From IMG/VR virus record IMGVR_UViG_3300042554_001750: DNA of 64,000 bases. One strand, given 5' to 3'. A model generated the notes under the pieces. The model did no database searches. It was not told the DNA's origin and saw nothing but the letters and a program-made list of their open reading frames with translations. Below, piece by piece: positions 16,933 to 25,069 of this stretch. Origin of the DNA: a virus. Its lineage: Duplodnaviria; Caudoviricetes. Positions within the stretch are counted from its first letter, which is position 1; every line of letters begins with the position of its first letter. The translations under genes and the position numbers were made by a program.

Positions 16933-17480
16933 AAATTCTTCCCCCATCTAGTGTTTATATAAACCCAATTGATTATTTTCCAGGTATTTTCTAAATATTG
17001 CTTCTTGTCAGCTTGGTAGTCTAAGGACCAAGCGTGTTCCCACCAATCAACTAACAATAGTATATCGTCACGGACTTCGTGGTTTACGATAGTTTTTATG
17101 TCACCGTTGTAAGACAAGTAAATCCAACCTGACCCTTGAATTTTCATTGCTTCAGTTTTGAACTGTTCTTTGAAATCTCTCCAATAACCATACTTGCGTT
17201 TGATAAGATTCAATACAGGTCCGTTGGGACTATTATCATCTTGTGGTTTACGGAACTGGGCAAAATAGATATTATGAAGGAATACACCGGCATAATTGAA
17301 TTCACTATCACCTTCTCCGGCGTTATATCGTTTAGCATATCCTTTAGCTAAACTATCAAAATGGTAATCCAGTGTTGCTTTAGACAACACTGGATTTAAA
17401 TCCGTGAGGGAATATTTAAGTTTATCTAACTCTATTCTCTTTTTCTTGGATTCTTCTATGCGCTCTACAATGTCATACAT
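16929..17480 (-). CDS. Fe/Mn superoxide dismutase
   Basis: DYH, FLHNIYF, GSGWIYL, DWWEHAW metal-ligand motifs. Confidence 0.9.
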   Translation of the reverse strand: MYDIVERIEESKKKRIELDKLKYSLTDLNPVLSKATLDYHFDSLAKGYAKRYNAGEGDSEFNYAGVFLHNIYFAQFRKPQDDNSPNGPVLNLIKRKYGYWRDFKEQFKTEAMKIQGSGWIYLSYNGDIKTIVNHEVRDDILLLVDWWEHAWSLDYQADKKQYLENTWKIINWVYINTRWGKNL

Positions 17481-17494
17481 TATAGAGTATTTAG

Positions 17495-17707
17495 TCACCT
17501 GCGGCGAGTGATTCTACCTTTTGTTAGGTCATATGGACTCAAGTCTAATTCAACTGTATCACCCAATAAGATTTTAATGTCATGCTGCCGCATCTTTCCG
17601 GATATGTATCCTAGAATTACTCCATTGCCCACTTTAACTTTAAATGTGGCATTAGGCAACACATCAACTACTTGACCTTCTACTTTAATTGCTTCTTCTT
17701 TAGCCAT
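17495..17707 (-). CDS. infA: Translation initiation factor IF-1
   Basis: [11 protein letters not shown]...LPNATF...ISGKMR...[18 protein letters not shown]. Confidence 0.95.
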   Translation of the reverse strand: MAKEEAIKVEGQVVDVLPNATFKVKVGNGVILGYISGKMRQHDIKILLGDTVELDLSPYDLTKGRITRRR

Positions 17708-17729
17708 GATTTTTAGCTATATTCTCCCT

Positions 17730-18110
17730 TTAACCTCTACGCATGGTGCTAATGTCCTTGGCTTGCTGGTCACTGAAGATTGGAACAGCGTTGGACTTGT
17801 GCATGGTACCGATACCGATAATCTTATCTCCGGTATATTGTTGTGTTTGTTTGACATTAACGGCCCCAGTAACCCAAGAATTAAGACTGGGGATTTTTTT
17901 AGTATCAGCAGTCTTGGTTACTGTACCGATCTTTTTAACTGTAAATGATTTGGGTGCAGGCTTGCTCATAGATTTCCATTTAGCCTGATTTTCTTCCCAA
18001 AGAGCCTGAAGGTCACGGGCCTTACGGGCCTCCTCAGCATTACGGAACTTTTGTTTACCCTTACGCTTGCCTGACATAGACAACCATGGGCCTTCAAGAT
18101 GCATGGTCAT
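17730..18110 (-). CDS. Hypothetical basic protein
   Basis: 126 aa; GIGTMHKSNAVP motif; early promoter upstream. Confidence 0.65.
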   Translation of the reverse strand: MTMHLEGPWLSMSGKRKGKQKFRNAEEARKARDLQALWEENQAKWKSMSKPAPKSFTVKKIGTVTKTADTKKIPSLNSWVTGAVNVKQTQQYTGDKIIGIGTMHKSNAVPIFSDQQAKDISTMRRG

Positions 18111-18139
18111 AACATTACCATATTAGTTATTACATGCAT

Positions 18140-18168
18140 AGTATAGCAGAAAAGGCAATTATTGTCAA
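18140..18168 (-). promoter_or_regulatory. Early promoter
   Basis: TTGACAATAATT, 17-bp spacer, TATACT on the minus strand. Confidence 0.75.
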
Positions 18169-18170
18169 AT

Positions 18171-18608
18171 TCACTTCTTTAAAATATCCCATATCTTTTC
18201 TTTTTCAATAATCTCTTTTTCTAGTTCCATGTACTGTTTGCGTAAGTTACGCAATTCTTCCCATTTTTCTTCTAGTTGTTCGTTGGGGCGTAGTATCGCT
18301 AATTTTTCTTCAATCTTTTCTAAACTGTCAATAAGACTCTTGCCTTTGATTTTAATATCACCTTCAAAGTTTGCGTCACCGTTGACTTGTAGTGTATTTG
18401 ACAGATTGCCCCAATCTGCGATGGTGATAGTATCTGTGCCGGTTCCCGTTGATATAGTATTCCAATTATAACCCGGCGATGTATAAATTGGGGCTGTGTT
18501 ACTTGTTTGTGTTATAGTGTATATACCACTAGATCCACTGCCTAATGTATTAGTTCCACTGCCCAAAGTGATGGTCATGTCGTTAAAAGTATATGGATCA
18601 TTATTCAT
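18171..18608 (-). CDS. Hypothetical protein (Thr/Gly-rich N-terminus, coiled C-terminus)
   Basis: 145-aa ORF. Confidence 0.6.
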   Translation of the reverse strand: MNNDPYTFNDMTITLGSGTNTLGSGSSGIYTITQTSNTAPIYTSPGYNWNTISTGTGTDTITIADWGNLSNTLQVNGDANFEGDIKIKGKSLIDSLEKIEEKLAILRPNEQLEEKWEELRNLRKQYMELEKEIIEKEKIWDILKK

Positions 18609-18796
18609 TTGTGTGCCTTTTTGATATACAATGTTCCATCTGAAGCTACTTCAAATTCAACATCATCTCCCTCTTGGAGCTTTAATGCGCGGAGTAGTTC
18701 TTCAGGAATAGGCAACAATAAATCACCAGTGGCGTCATCCTCTTGAATGATTACTTCATAACGAATTTGTGTTTTGGCAGGATCTTTTTTAGACAT
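18605..18796 (-). CDS. AbrB/MazE/SpoVT-like small protein
   Basis: LLLPIPEELLRALKLQEGDDVEFEV. Confidence 0.65.
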   Translation of the reverse strand: MSKKDPAKTQIRYEVIIQEDDATGDLLLPIPEELLRALKLQEGDDVEFEVASDGTLYIKKAHK

Positions 18797-18844
18797 ACTG
18801 CATTCTATATAATTTTCGTTGAATATTATATATTATTGGGTAAA

Positions 18845-19405
18845 TTACCATGCGCGGCATGACCAATATCTTGCCTTCCAGCGTGGACCTGGATTATCGC
18901 AATTATGTCTAGCACGGAAGCTCTTGCGGCGTGCGGGATTTGATTTCTTTATTCGCATCTTTTTGTCACCAAAGTTCACTTTGACAACATTTCCCTTTGG
19001 ACCGCGAACATAAACTTTAGATTTCTTAACATCACCTGCCATTGGCTTGCCAAGTTGAACTTCTCTTCCCTGATACTTAGCCTCATCAATATCATTTACA
19101 GTATGCCAAAATTCTTTTATCCATTCTTCATCACCGTACTTGTCGCAGAATTCTTCTAATTCCATGCGCTCTGCATCATCATGCATTGCTTGTTTGGTCA
19201 TACCTTCGGTTAATTGCTTTTTAGCGTCAATTATTAAACTAAGTGCAGTTTCATCTATTTTTACAATTACGCCATCTTCTGTGATATCTTCAATGTATGT
19301 TTCTACTAATGTATCACCTAAATCAATTCCAACTATATCACCAACCTGTGGTTCGTGGTCAACTGAAATATCTTCTAATTTGTTAAGAAAGTCTCTGAAG
19401 TTCAT
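18845..19405 (-). CDS. Hypothetical late protein with basic RARHxC...YWSC tail
   Basis: AATAAATA box upstream; RRKSFRARHNCDNPGPRWKARYWSC. Confidence 0.65.
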   Translation of the reverse strand: MNFRDFLNKLEDISVDHEPQVGDIVGIDLGDTLVETYIEDITEDGVIVKIDETALSLIIDAKKQLTEGMTKQAMHDDAERMELEEFCDKYGDEEWIKEFWHTVNDIDEAKYQGREVQLGKPMAGDVKKSKVYVRGPKGNVVKVNFGDKKMRIKKSNPARRKSFRARHNCDNPGPRWKARYWSCRAW

Positions 19406-19422
19406 AATTATTTCCTGATCTT

Positions 19423-19995
19423 TTATTTATTCAAAAATGGACGATAAATCTTTTCTAATTGTTTTATGGTTTCTGTAGCAGAGTTAGGATCCTCATGCTC
19501 ATCTTCATGCTTGACTGCGATGCCACCGGCGTTTCGCCAAGCTTGCAAATATTTGCCAAAGTCATCTACTAAGACTTGAGGTTGTCCGTCCTTCATAGCA
19601 TACTTGTACTTTTCACCAGTAAAAATAGCGTTACCTGAAGTTCCTGGATTGTATTGATCTAGCCAATCTTTTTTAGCTTCAATACTAGCATCGTTATATG
19701 GTCCTCTTAGAGGAGCACTTAAAACAGTAAATGGTATTTTATTTTGATGTAGCCAAGCTACAACTTTATTACCACCTTTTAAGGGCTTCAAATCTCTAAA
19801 AAAGTCATACACTTCTTTTGCTGAACTGTTTGCTAAAATCTCAATTTCTTTTTCTTTGTCATTGATTGCCTTCCAATGACCGACTTTATTTCTTTCAGCC
19901 CAGGCACCAAAGAAGTCAGCTTGCACCCCATCCATATCTAGATATAGATGTGGCATTTGTTTTAAATCTTCAAAAATAAAATCTTTAGCTCTCAT
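19423..19995 (-). CDS. HAD-family 5'(3')-deoxyribonucleotidase-like protein
   Basis: YLDMDGVQADF motif I, LSAP motif II, LVDD motif IV. Confidence 0.8.
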   Translation of the reverse strand: MRAKDFIFEDLKQMPHLYLDMDGVQADFFGAWAERNKVGHWKAINDKEKEIEILANSSAKEVYDFFRDLKPLKGGNKVVAWLHQNKIPFTVLSAPLRGPYNDASIEAKKDWLDQYNPGTSGNAIFTGEKYKYAMKDGQPQVLVDDFGKYLQAWRNAGGIAVKHEDEHEDPNSATETIKQLEKIYRPFLNK

Positions 19996-20399
19996 TAGTC
20001 ATCTCCGGCAGCATCTTTAACTTCTTGTGCTGTTGCCTTTCGTCCTTTAGGACCGCCTATAGGTTTGTTAGCTTCTTCGGCTGCCCGTTTAGCTGCCTCT
20101 TCTTCTTTGCGCTTTTTAAACGGATCTTGGTTAATATCCTGTTCGGCAATCATACGCTCTTTTTCAATAGTTTTACCACGCAATTGCATGACTGTTTCAA
20201 CTTTTTGATTGAGGCGTATCAAATCATTATCTAACATTCTGATGCGGTCAATCAATGCTATCAGGGTGCCATTGGCTTGACCAATCACGGGTTTAATTTC
20301 TGTAGTTACCCACTTCCAAACAAAGTATACGAAATACCCCATACCGACTGCTGCGATAATGGGGAATCCGTATTTGTTTACTAAATCAACTAGATCCAT
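19995..20399 (-). CDS. Membrane protein, GFPI-motif (YvrJ/holin-like) with coiled coil
   Basis: KYGFPIIAAVGMGYFVYFVW TM helix then heptads. Confidence 0.55.
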   Translation of the reverse strand: MDLVDLVNKYGFPIIAAVGMGYFVYFVWKWVTTEIKPVIGQANGTLIALIDRIRMLDNDLIRLNQKVETVMQLRGKTIEKERMIAEQDINQDPFKKRKEEEAAKRAAEEANKPIGGPKGRKATAQEVKDAAGDD

Positions 20400-20403
20400 A
20401 ATT

Positions 20404-20922
20404 TTATAGTATAAATGGTAACCACATCCATAGTGCCTGGCTTACGAATACAGACCCGACTGCTCCGACTACTACACTAATATAAAACATTGGCATACTA
20501 ACAGCAAGAATACTAGCAGTTAGCAGAACAATGGCGATCTGTAACACACTGCCGCCCCATGTAAACCAGGGTGACTTCTTGCGGGCTACCTCACGCTCGG
20601 CTTCGAGAGCCTTGGCCTTTTCCATAATTTCTTTCTTGTCTGCTTCCATACGGGCAGCTTCGGCTTCAAACTTGGCTTTGTTTTCAGGAATCTTGGCCTC
20701 CATTGCGGATGTTTCATATAGAACTTGACGCACATTTTTTGCTTGATACCAAGCCCACTGGTTATTAGCAGCAATTGTATTGTTCATAATTTTACTGCTA
20801 TTTTGACCACCTATCATAGTATTGATAGCCAATAATGCTGCAAAGAACACAATAACAAAGCCTGCTTTGTCTTTAATTTTAGCTTCTTTTTCACTTCTTG
20901 AAAGTGGTTTTACCTCTGACAT
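20404..20922 (-). CDS. DUF4337-like membrane protein
   Basis: TM - A.NQWAWYQAKNVR - coiled coil - two TM (LQIAIVL..SIL). Confidence 0.7.
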   Translation of the reverse strand: MSEVKPLSRSEKEAKIKDKAGFVIVFFAALLAINTMIGGQNSSKIMNNTIAANNQWAWYQAKNVRQVLYETSAMEAKIPENKAKFEAEAARMEADKKEIMEKAKALEAEREVARKKSPWFTWGGSVLQIAIVLLTASILAVSMPMFYISVVVGAVGSVFVSQALWMWLPFIL

Positions 20923-20946
20923 TTTATTTCCTTTATGGTTATTATG

Positions 20947-21228
20947 TTAATCTTTTCTTTGGTCTGCTTGTTCTGCTCTTGACAAACGGTCATAATCAGG
21001 CTGTAATCCCAATGCATGACTGACTTTAACATCAATTCTTTGTAATTGATTAGTCATGGTATCCACCCGAGCGTCAAGGCCCTTAATAATTCCGCCCATG
21101 CCGTTAACACTAGAAGTTACCCCGGCAAGTATAAATTTTAGTGTTAAAAACACGAAATATCCAGCCCCTAAAGCAGCAGCGATAGGGAATCCCAATTCAG
21201 CGATAAGTTTTAGCATGTCCATACGCAT
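20947..21228 (-). CDS. Membrane protein, GFPI-motif (YvrJ/holin-like), paralog of 19995-20399
   Basis: ELGFPIAAALGAGYFVFL. Confidence 0.55.
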   Translation of the reverse strand: MRMDMLKLIAELGFPIAAALGAGYFVFLTLKFILAGVTSSVNGMGGIIKGLDARVDTMTNQLQRIDVKVSHALGLQPDYDRLSRAEQADQRKD

Positions 21229-21274
21229 ATTTATCTAAAAAATAATATATGCGTACACATATACTAAATACCAT

Positions 21275-21646
21275 ATGGACGGTATTGTCATAATGCTATT
21301 GCTCCAAATAAAGCATTGGTATGCTGATTTTTGGATTCAAACATATCATCAAACGGTTTATAAAGGCGTTTATGGGAATCCTGTGGGTATCAGTCATACA
21401 TTAGAACATACCATTGGAACAGTTTTAGCATTGCTGATAGCTAACAGTTTTGTTCCTATATCAGTCTCCGTGATTATCTTACTATCGCTTTTGGATTTTA
21501 TAATCCACTATCATGTTGATTTTGTCAAAGTTAAATATGGCATTAAAGACAATAAAACCACAAGATACTGGCGAGAGTTTGGTCTAGACCAACTTGCACA
21601 CCAGCTTACATACATTTTAATAACCTACATTATAATTAGTCGTTGA
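21275..21646 (+). CDS. DUF3307-like membrane protein
   Basis: KHWYADFWIQ, HTLEH, HYHVDFVK, GLDQLAHQ. Confidence 0.75.
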   Translation: MDGIVIMLLLQIKHWYADFWIQTYHQTVYKGVYGNPVGISHTLEHTIGTVLALLIANSFVPISVSVIILLSLLDFIIHYHVDFVKVKYGIKDNKTTRYWREFGLDQLAHQLTYILITYIIISR

Positions 21647-21664
21647 GATTACTCCCCAGTTTTA

Positions 21665-21672
21665 TATAAATA
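21665..21672 (+). promoter_or_regulatory. T4-type late promoter box upstream of the curli-like operon
   Basis: Exact TATAAATA 35 bp before the csgF-like ATG. Confidence 0.65.
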
Positions 21673-21706
21673 CAAGTATACTAAAAACTAAATTTGGGAG
21701 TAATTT

Positions 21707-22177
21707 ATGAAAAGAATCCTATTAGGATTGTTGTTCATGCCGGTTGTAGCATCTGCACAACTTGTACAACAGTTTAAAAATCCGGCTTTCAATAGCCAGG
21801 GTTGGAGCAGCCATGCACTTACGATTGATAGTATAGAAAAAAGTCGCAAGGATGCTATAGCTGCCGAGAAAAAGGCTGAGTTAGCAGCATTAGAAGCAGC
21901 AGCACAAAATACACCTTTAGCTAGATTTATGAATTTGTTCAGCAGCCAAGTGTATGCGCAACTTGCTACTCAATTAAGTAATAATTTATTTCAGAACAAA
22001 TGTGCTGGAGTAGCCGGGCCTATTCCGGGTTGTGTCAATCCAACTACCGGACAGTTTCAATTAGACGGCAATACGGTTACATGGGTTAAAACAGATAAAG
22101 AAGTAACATTAACTGTTGTTGATGCCAAAGGTACAATCACAATTGTTAAAGTACCTATAGCAAGTTTTGGATTCTAA
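21707..22177 (+). CDS. csgF: Curli assembly protein CsgF-like
   Basis: Signal peptide then LVQQFKNPAF, similar to the CsgF N-terminal NPxF segment; directly upstream of csgG. Confidence 0.7.
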   Translation: MKRILLGLLFMPVVASAQLVQQFKNPAFNSQGWSSHALTIDSIEKSRKDAIAAEKKAELAALEAAAQNTPLARFMNLFSSQVYAQLATQLSNNLFQNKCAGVAGPIPGCVNPTTGQFQLDGNTVTWVKTDKEVTLTVVDAKGTITIVKVPIASFGF

Positions 22178-22178
22178 T

Positions 22179-22991
22179 ATGAAATATACTAAAATATTAA
22201 TTGCGTGTTTATCAGCCTTAGCATTTACTGGATGTAGTACTATAAGACCTATGCAGGATTTAGAAAGAACTACGGAACCTAGAATTGCTGAAAATATTAA
22301 TGAAAGTTTTAAGGATGTTGCAGCGCCTGCAGGCCCACCAGTTGTAGTGGCTGTGTATGGCTTCAAGGATCTGACAGGACAGCGTAAGCCTAGCACTACA
22401 CTAAGCAGTTTCAGCAGTGCAGTTACACAAGGCGCTGAAAGTTATCTAATTAAGAGTTTACAGGAAGTTGGCAACCGTCAGTGGTTTACTGTAGTTGAGC
22501 GTGTTGGTCTAGACAATCTGTTAAAAGAGCGTCAAATGATCAAACAAACCCGTGAAATCTATGATGGTGCCAATGCTAAGATGTTACCTCCTCTTGCACT
22601 AGCCGGAGTTATACTAGAAGGTGGAATCATTGATTACAATAGTCATACATTAACAGGCGGTACTGGTGCTCGTTGGTTAGGTATTGGACCATATACACAG
22701 TATACCCAAGATTTAGTTGTTATCAGTATGCGTTTAGTAAGTGTTCAAACCGGTGAAGTACTAACCACCGTAACCGTTGAAAGAGACCTACTAAGCACCG
22801 GAGAAGGTATAACAGCTTTAAGATTTTTCAATCAAGCAACTAAAGCTTTTGAATTTGACAGTAGCCAAACATACAACGAACCCGGCAACTATGCATTGCG
22901 TAGTGCCATAGAAACTGGGGTTGTTGAATTGATTCGCAAAGGAGAACGTCAGGGCCTTTGGAAGTACAAAACACCTGACACTAAAAAATAA
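22179..22991 (+). CDS. csgG: Curli secretion channel CsgG (lipoprotein)
   Basis: Lipobox FTGC; VAVYGFKDLTGQRKP, SSAVTQG, WFTVVERVGLDNLLKERQMI, LEGGIIDY. Confidence 0.9.
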   Translation: MKYTKILIACLSALAFTGCSTIRPMQDLERTTEPRIAENINESFKDVAAPAGPPVVVAVYGFKDLTGQRKPSTTLSSFSSAVTQGAESYLIKSLQEVGNRQWFTVVERVGLDNLLKERQMIKQTREIYDGANAKMLPPLALAGVILEGGIIDYNSHTLTGGTGARWLGIGPYTQYTQDLVVISMRLVSVQTGEVLTTVTVERDLLSTGEGITALRFFNQATKAFEFDSSQTYNEPGNYALRSAIETGVVELIRKGERQGLWKYKTPDTKK

Positions 22992-23015
22992 TAATAACAA
23001 GGGAGTATTCCTCAT

Positions 23016-23810
23016 ATGAAATTTAATAAAATATTTGCAGCAGCAATATTATCTTTAAGTGGGTTATCTGCATTTGCGCAAACTGCCGTGACACCACCCA
23101 CTGCACCCACTGTTCCCAACACAGTAACAGTTAGTCCCAATGCTACCACAGCATTGGGTAACAGCACAACCAACCGCATCTTTATTGATCAAAGTGGTTC
23201 CAATCCTGATGTGAACATGACACAAGATGGCAGTGGCAACAAGCAAGGAAGCGCACAAAGACCCATTTACTTGCGTGGTGCTGATCAGGTGATCATCACT
23301 CGTCAGATTGGCAACAACAATGAGATAGACTTAGAAGTTTCCAATCCCACAACAGGAGCCAGTGTGGGTGCCAAAGTTACCATTCAACAGATTGGCAACA
23401 GCAACAAAGTTGATGCAGCTTGCGGATATGGTAACAGCAGCACTGGCACAGCTCTAACAGGTTGCAAGAATGCTGACTTGAACTGGAAGTTCACTGGCAA
23501 CAGCAATGAGTTTCAGTTCCGTGCCAGTGGTGACGACATTCGCAGTGCTGTCACAGTAGCAGGCAATGGCAACAAGTTCTGGATTGACGCTGTGGGCAAC
23601 AAGCACAGTCAGACTCTAATGGTAACTGGTGACAACAATGAATTCAATCTAAGTCAAACCAGTACTGGCAGTGCTGGCAGCAGCATCTGGATTGATCAGA
23701 CTGGCACTGGCACCAAGTTCTTTGTGGCTCAAAGTGGAACTGTTGACAACGTTCTGAACATCAAGAGTGTTGCAACAGGAGGAACCTTTAATATAGTTCA
23801 GAAGAACTAA
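23016..23810 (+). CDS. Curlin-repeat secreted protein (CsgA/CsgB-like)
   Basis: Signal peptide; repeated xIxQxGxxN units (IDQSGSN, TRQIGNNN, IQQIGNSN, IDQTGTG). Confidence 0.7.
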   Translation: MKFNKIFAAAILSLSGLSAFAQTAVTPPTAPTVPNTVTVSPNATTALGNSTTNRIFIDQSGSNPDVNMTQDGSGNKQGSAQRPIYLRGADQVIITRQIGNNNEIDLEVSNPTTGASVGAKVTIQQIGNSNKVDAACGYGNSSTGTALTGCKNADLNWKFTGNSNEFQFRASGDDIRSAVTVAGNGNKFWIDAVGNKHSQTLMVTGDNNEFNLSQTSTGSAGSSIWIDQTGTGTKFFVAQSGTVDNVLNIKSVATGGTFNIVQKN

Positions 23811-23818
23811 GGATCATT

Positions 23819-25069
23819 GTGAAGCGACTACTTGTGGCCTTGTGTGGGCTAGTACTAAGCACAAGTGTACTAGCCAATGTGGGTTCTGTAGCAGAACTCA
23901 CGGGCACAGCCGTGATCAAGCGAGGCAAAACCACTGTACCAGTGACAAATGGCACAGTGGTTGAAATGAATGACCGAGTAGAAACTAAAAACGGTAAACT
24001 GAAAATTGTTTTCCGTGATAAAACCACTGTTAGTGTCACTGAAAGTAGTGCATTAGACATAGATGAGTTTGTGTATGATCCGAAAAATGCTGGTGCAGGC
24101 AAACTAGGTATAAAAGCTGCGGCGGGCACAGTACGATATGTCAGTGGTGCTATTGCTGGCGCTAATCCCAACGCTGTAAACATCAAAACACCCACAGCAG
24201 CCATCGCAGTTCGTGGTACAGATTTTGTCATGAGTGTGAATGAGATCGGTGGTAGCATGATTATCTTGATGCCACAGTGTGAGGAGCATGGTATAAATGT
24301 TCGTGGCATGATATGTGGTAGTGGCCGGATAGATGTTGAAAGTGGCGGAACAGTGGTGAACATGTCCAGACCCTATCAAGCCACACTAGTAGAAAAAACA
24401 GGCTCACCACCTAGTCCGCCCATTACAGTAAATCTATTCAATACACCAATTAGTAATAACTTGCAAATAGCTCCACCCAGAACCATGAGTGGTGGCAGTG
24501 TGGTAGCAGCAGCCCGGGCAGCAGTAGCACAAACTAGCAGTGGTGTTCGCAGTGCTGCAAGATCAAGTAGTGGCAGTGGTAGTTCAAGTGGCAGTAGTGG
24601 TTCAAGTGGCGGCGGAGCAGAACCTGCAGCAGCAAGCGATGCACCTCCAGCAGAGGCTGTTGTAGCCAGCGAATCAAATAAACCTGAAACGGTCGCCAGT
24701 AAAAGCGAAGAAACAACGACAGCAGTAGAAGCACCCAGTAATATCGTGTCTCTTGAACCAGTGCTTGAGCTAGTTACTAAAACAACAGAATCTGCCAAAG
24801 ATGAAAAAGCTGAACCCGCACCAACTGTGACAACCACTGAAACTAAAAGCGATGAAGATGCCAATCTCAGAAAGATTTATAGTGGAGCTTCACAATCAGG
24901 ATGGGGCTACGAAAGTTTGAGTAAAACCAGTCGTAACTATGCCAACATTGTGTTGCCTATCAATACTGCCATACAAATTTACATAGTTCAAGATAACATG
25001 GTTGCTGCTAAAAACTTTAGCAGTGGTCGCCCACAAGGGCAAATAGTAATCAATCAGACATTCAGATGA
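23819..25069 (+). CDS. FecR-domain exported protein with Ser/Ala/Glu/Thr linker
   Basis: Signal peptide; DRVET..IVFRDKT..IKTPTAAIAVRGTDF. Confidence 0.8.
   Translation: MKRLLVALCGLVLSTSVLANVGSVAELTGTAVIKRGKTTVPVTNGTVVEMNDRVETKNGKLKIVFRDKTTVSVTESSALDIDEFVYDPKNAGAGKLGIKAAAGTVRYVSGAIAGANPNAVNIKTPTAAIAVRGTDFVMSVNEIGGSMIILMPQCEEHGINVRGMICGSGRIDVESGGTVVNMSRPYQATLVEKTGSPPSPPITVNLFNTPISNNLQIAPPRTMSGGSVVAAARAAVAQTSSGVRSAARSSSGSGSSSGSSGSSGGGAEPAAASDAPPAEAVVASESNKPETVASKSEETTTAVEAPSNIVSLEPVLELVTKTTESAKDEKAEPAPTVTTTETKSDEDANLRKIYSGASQSGWGYESLSKTSRNYANIVLPINTAIQIYIVQDNMVAAKNFSSGRPQGQIVINQTFR

Noticed and set aside
23788-24864. Minus-strand ORFs of 191 and 162 aa over the FecR gene
   Set aside because: Antisense shadows of a Ser/Ala-rich gene; no RBS or motifs
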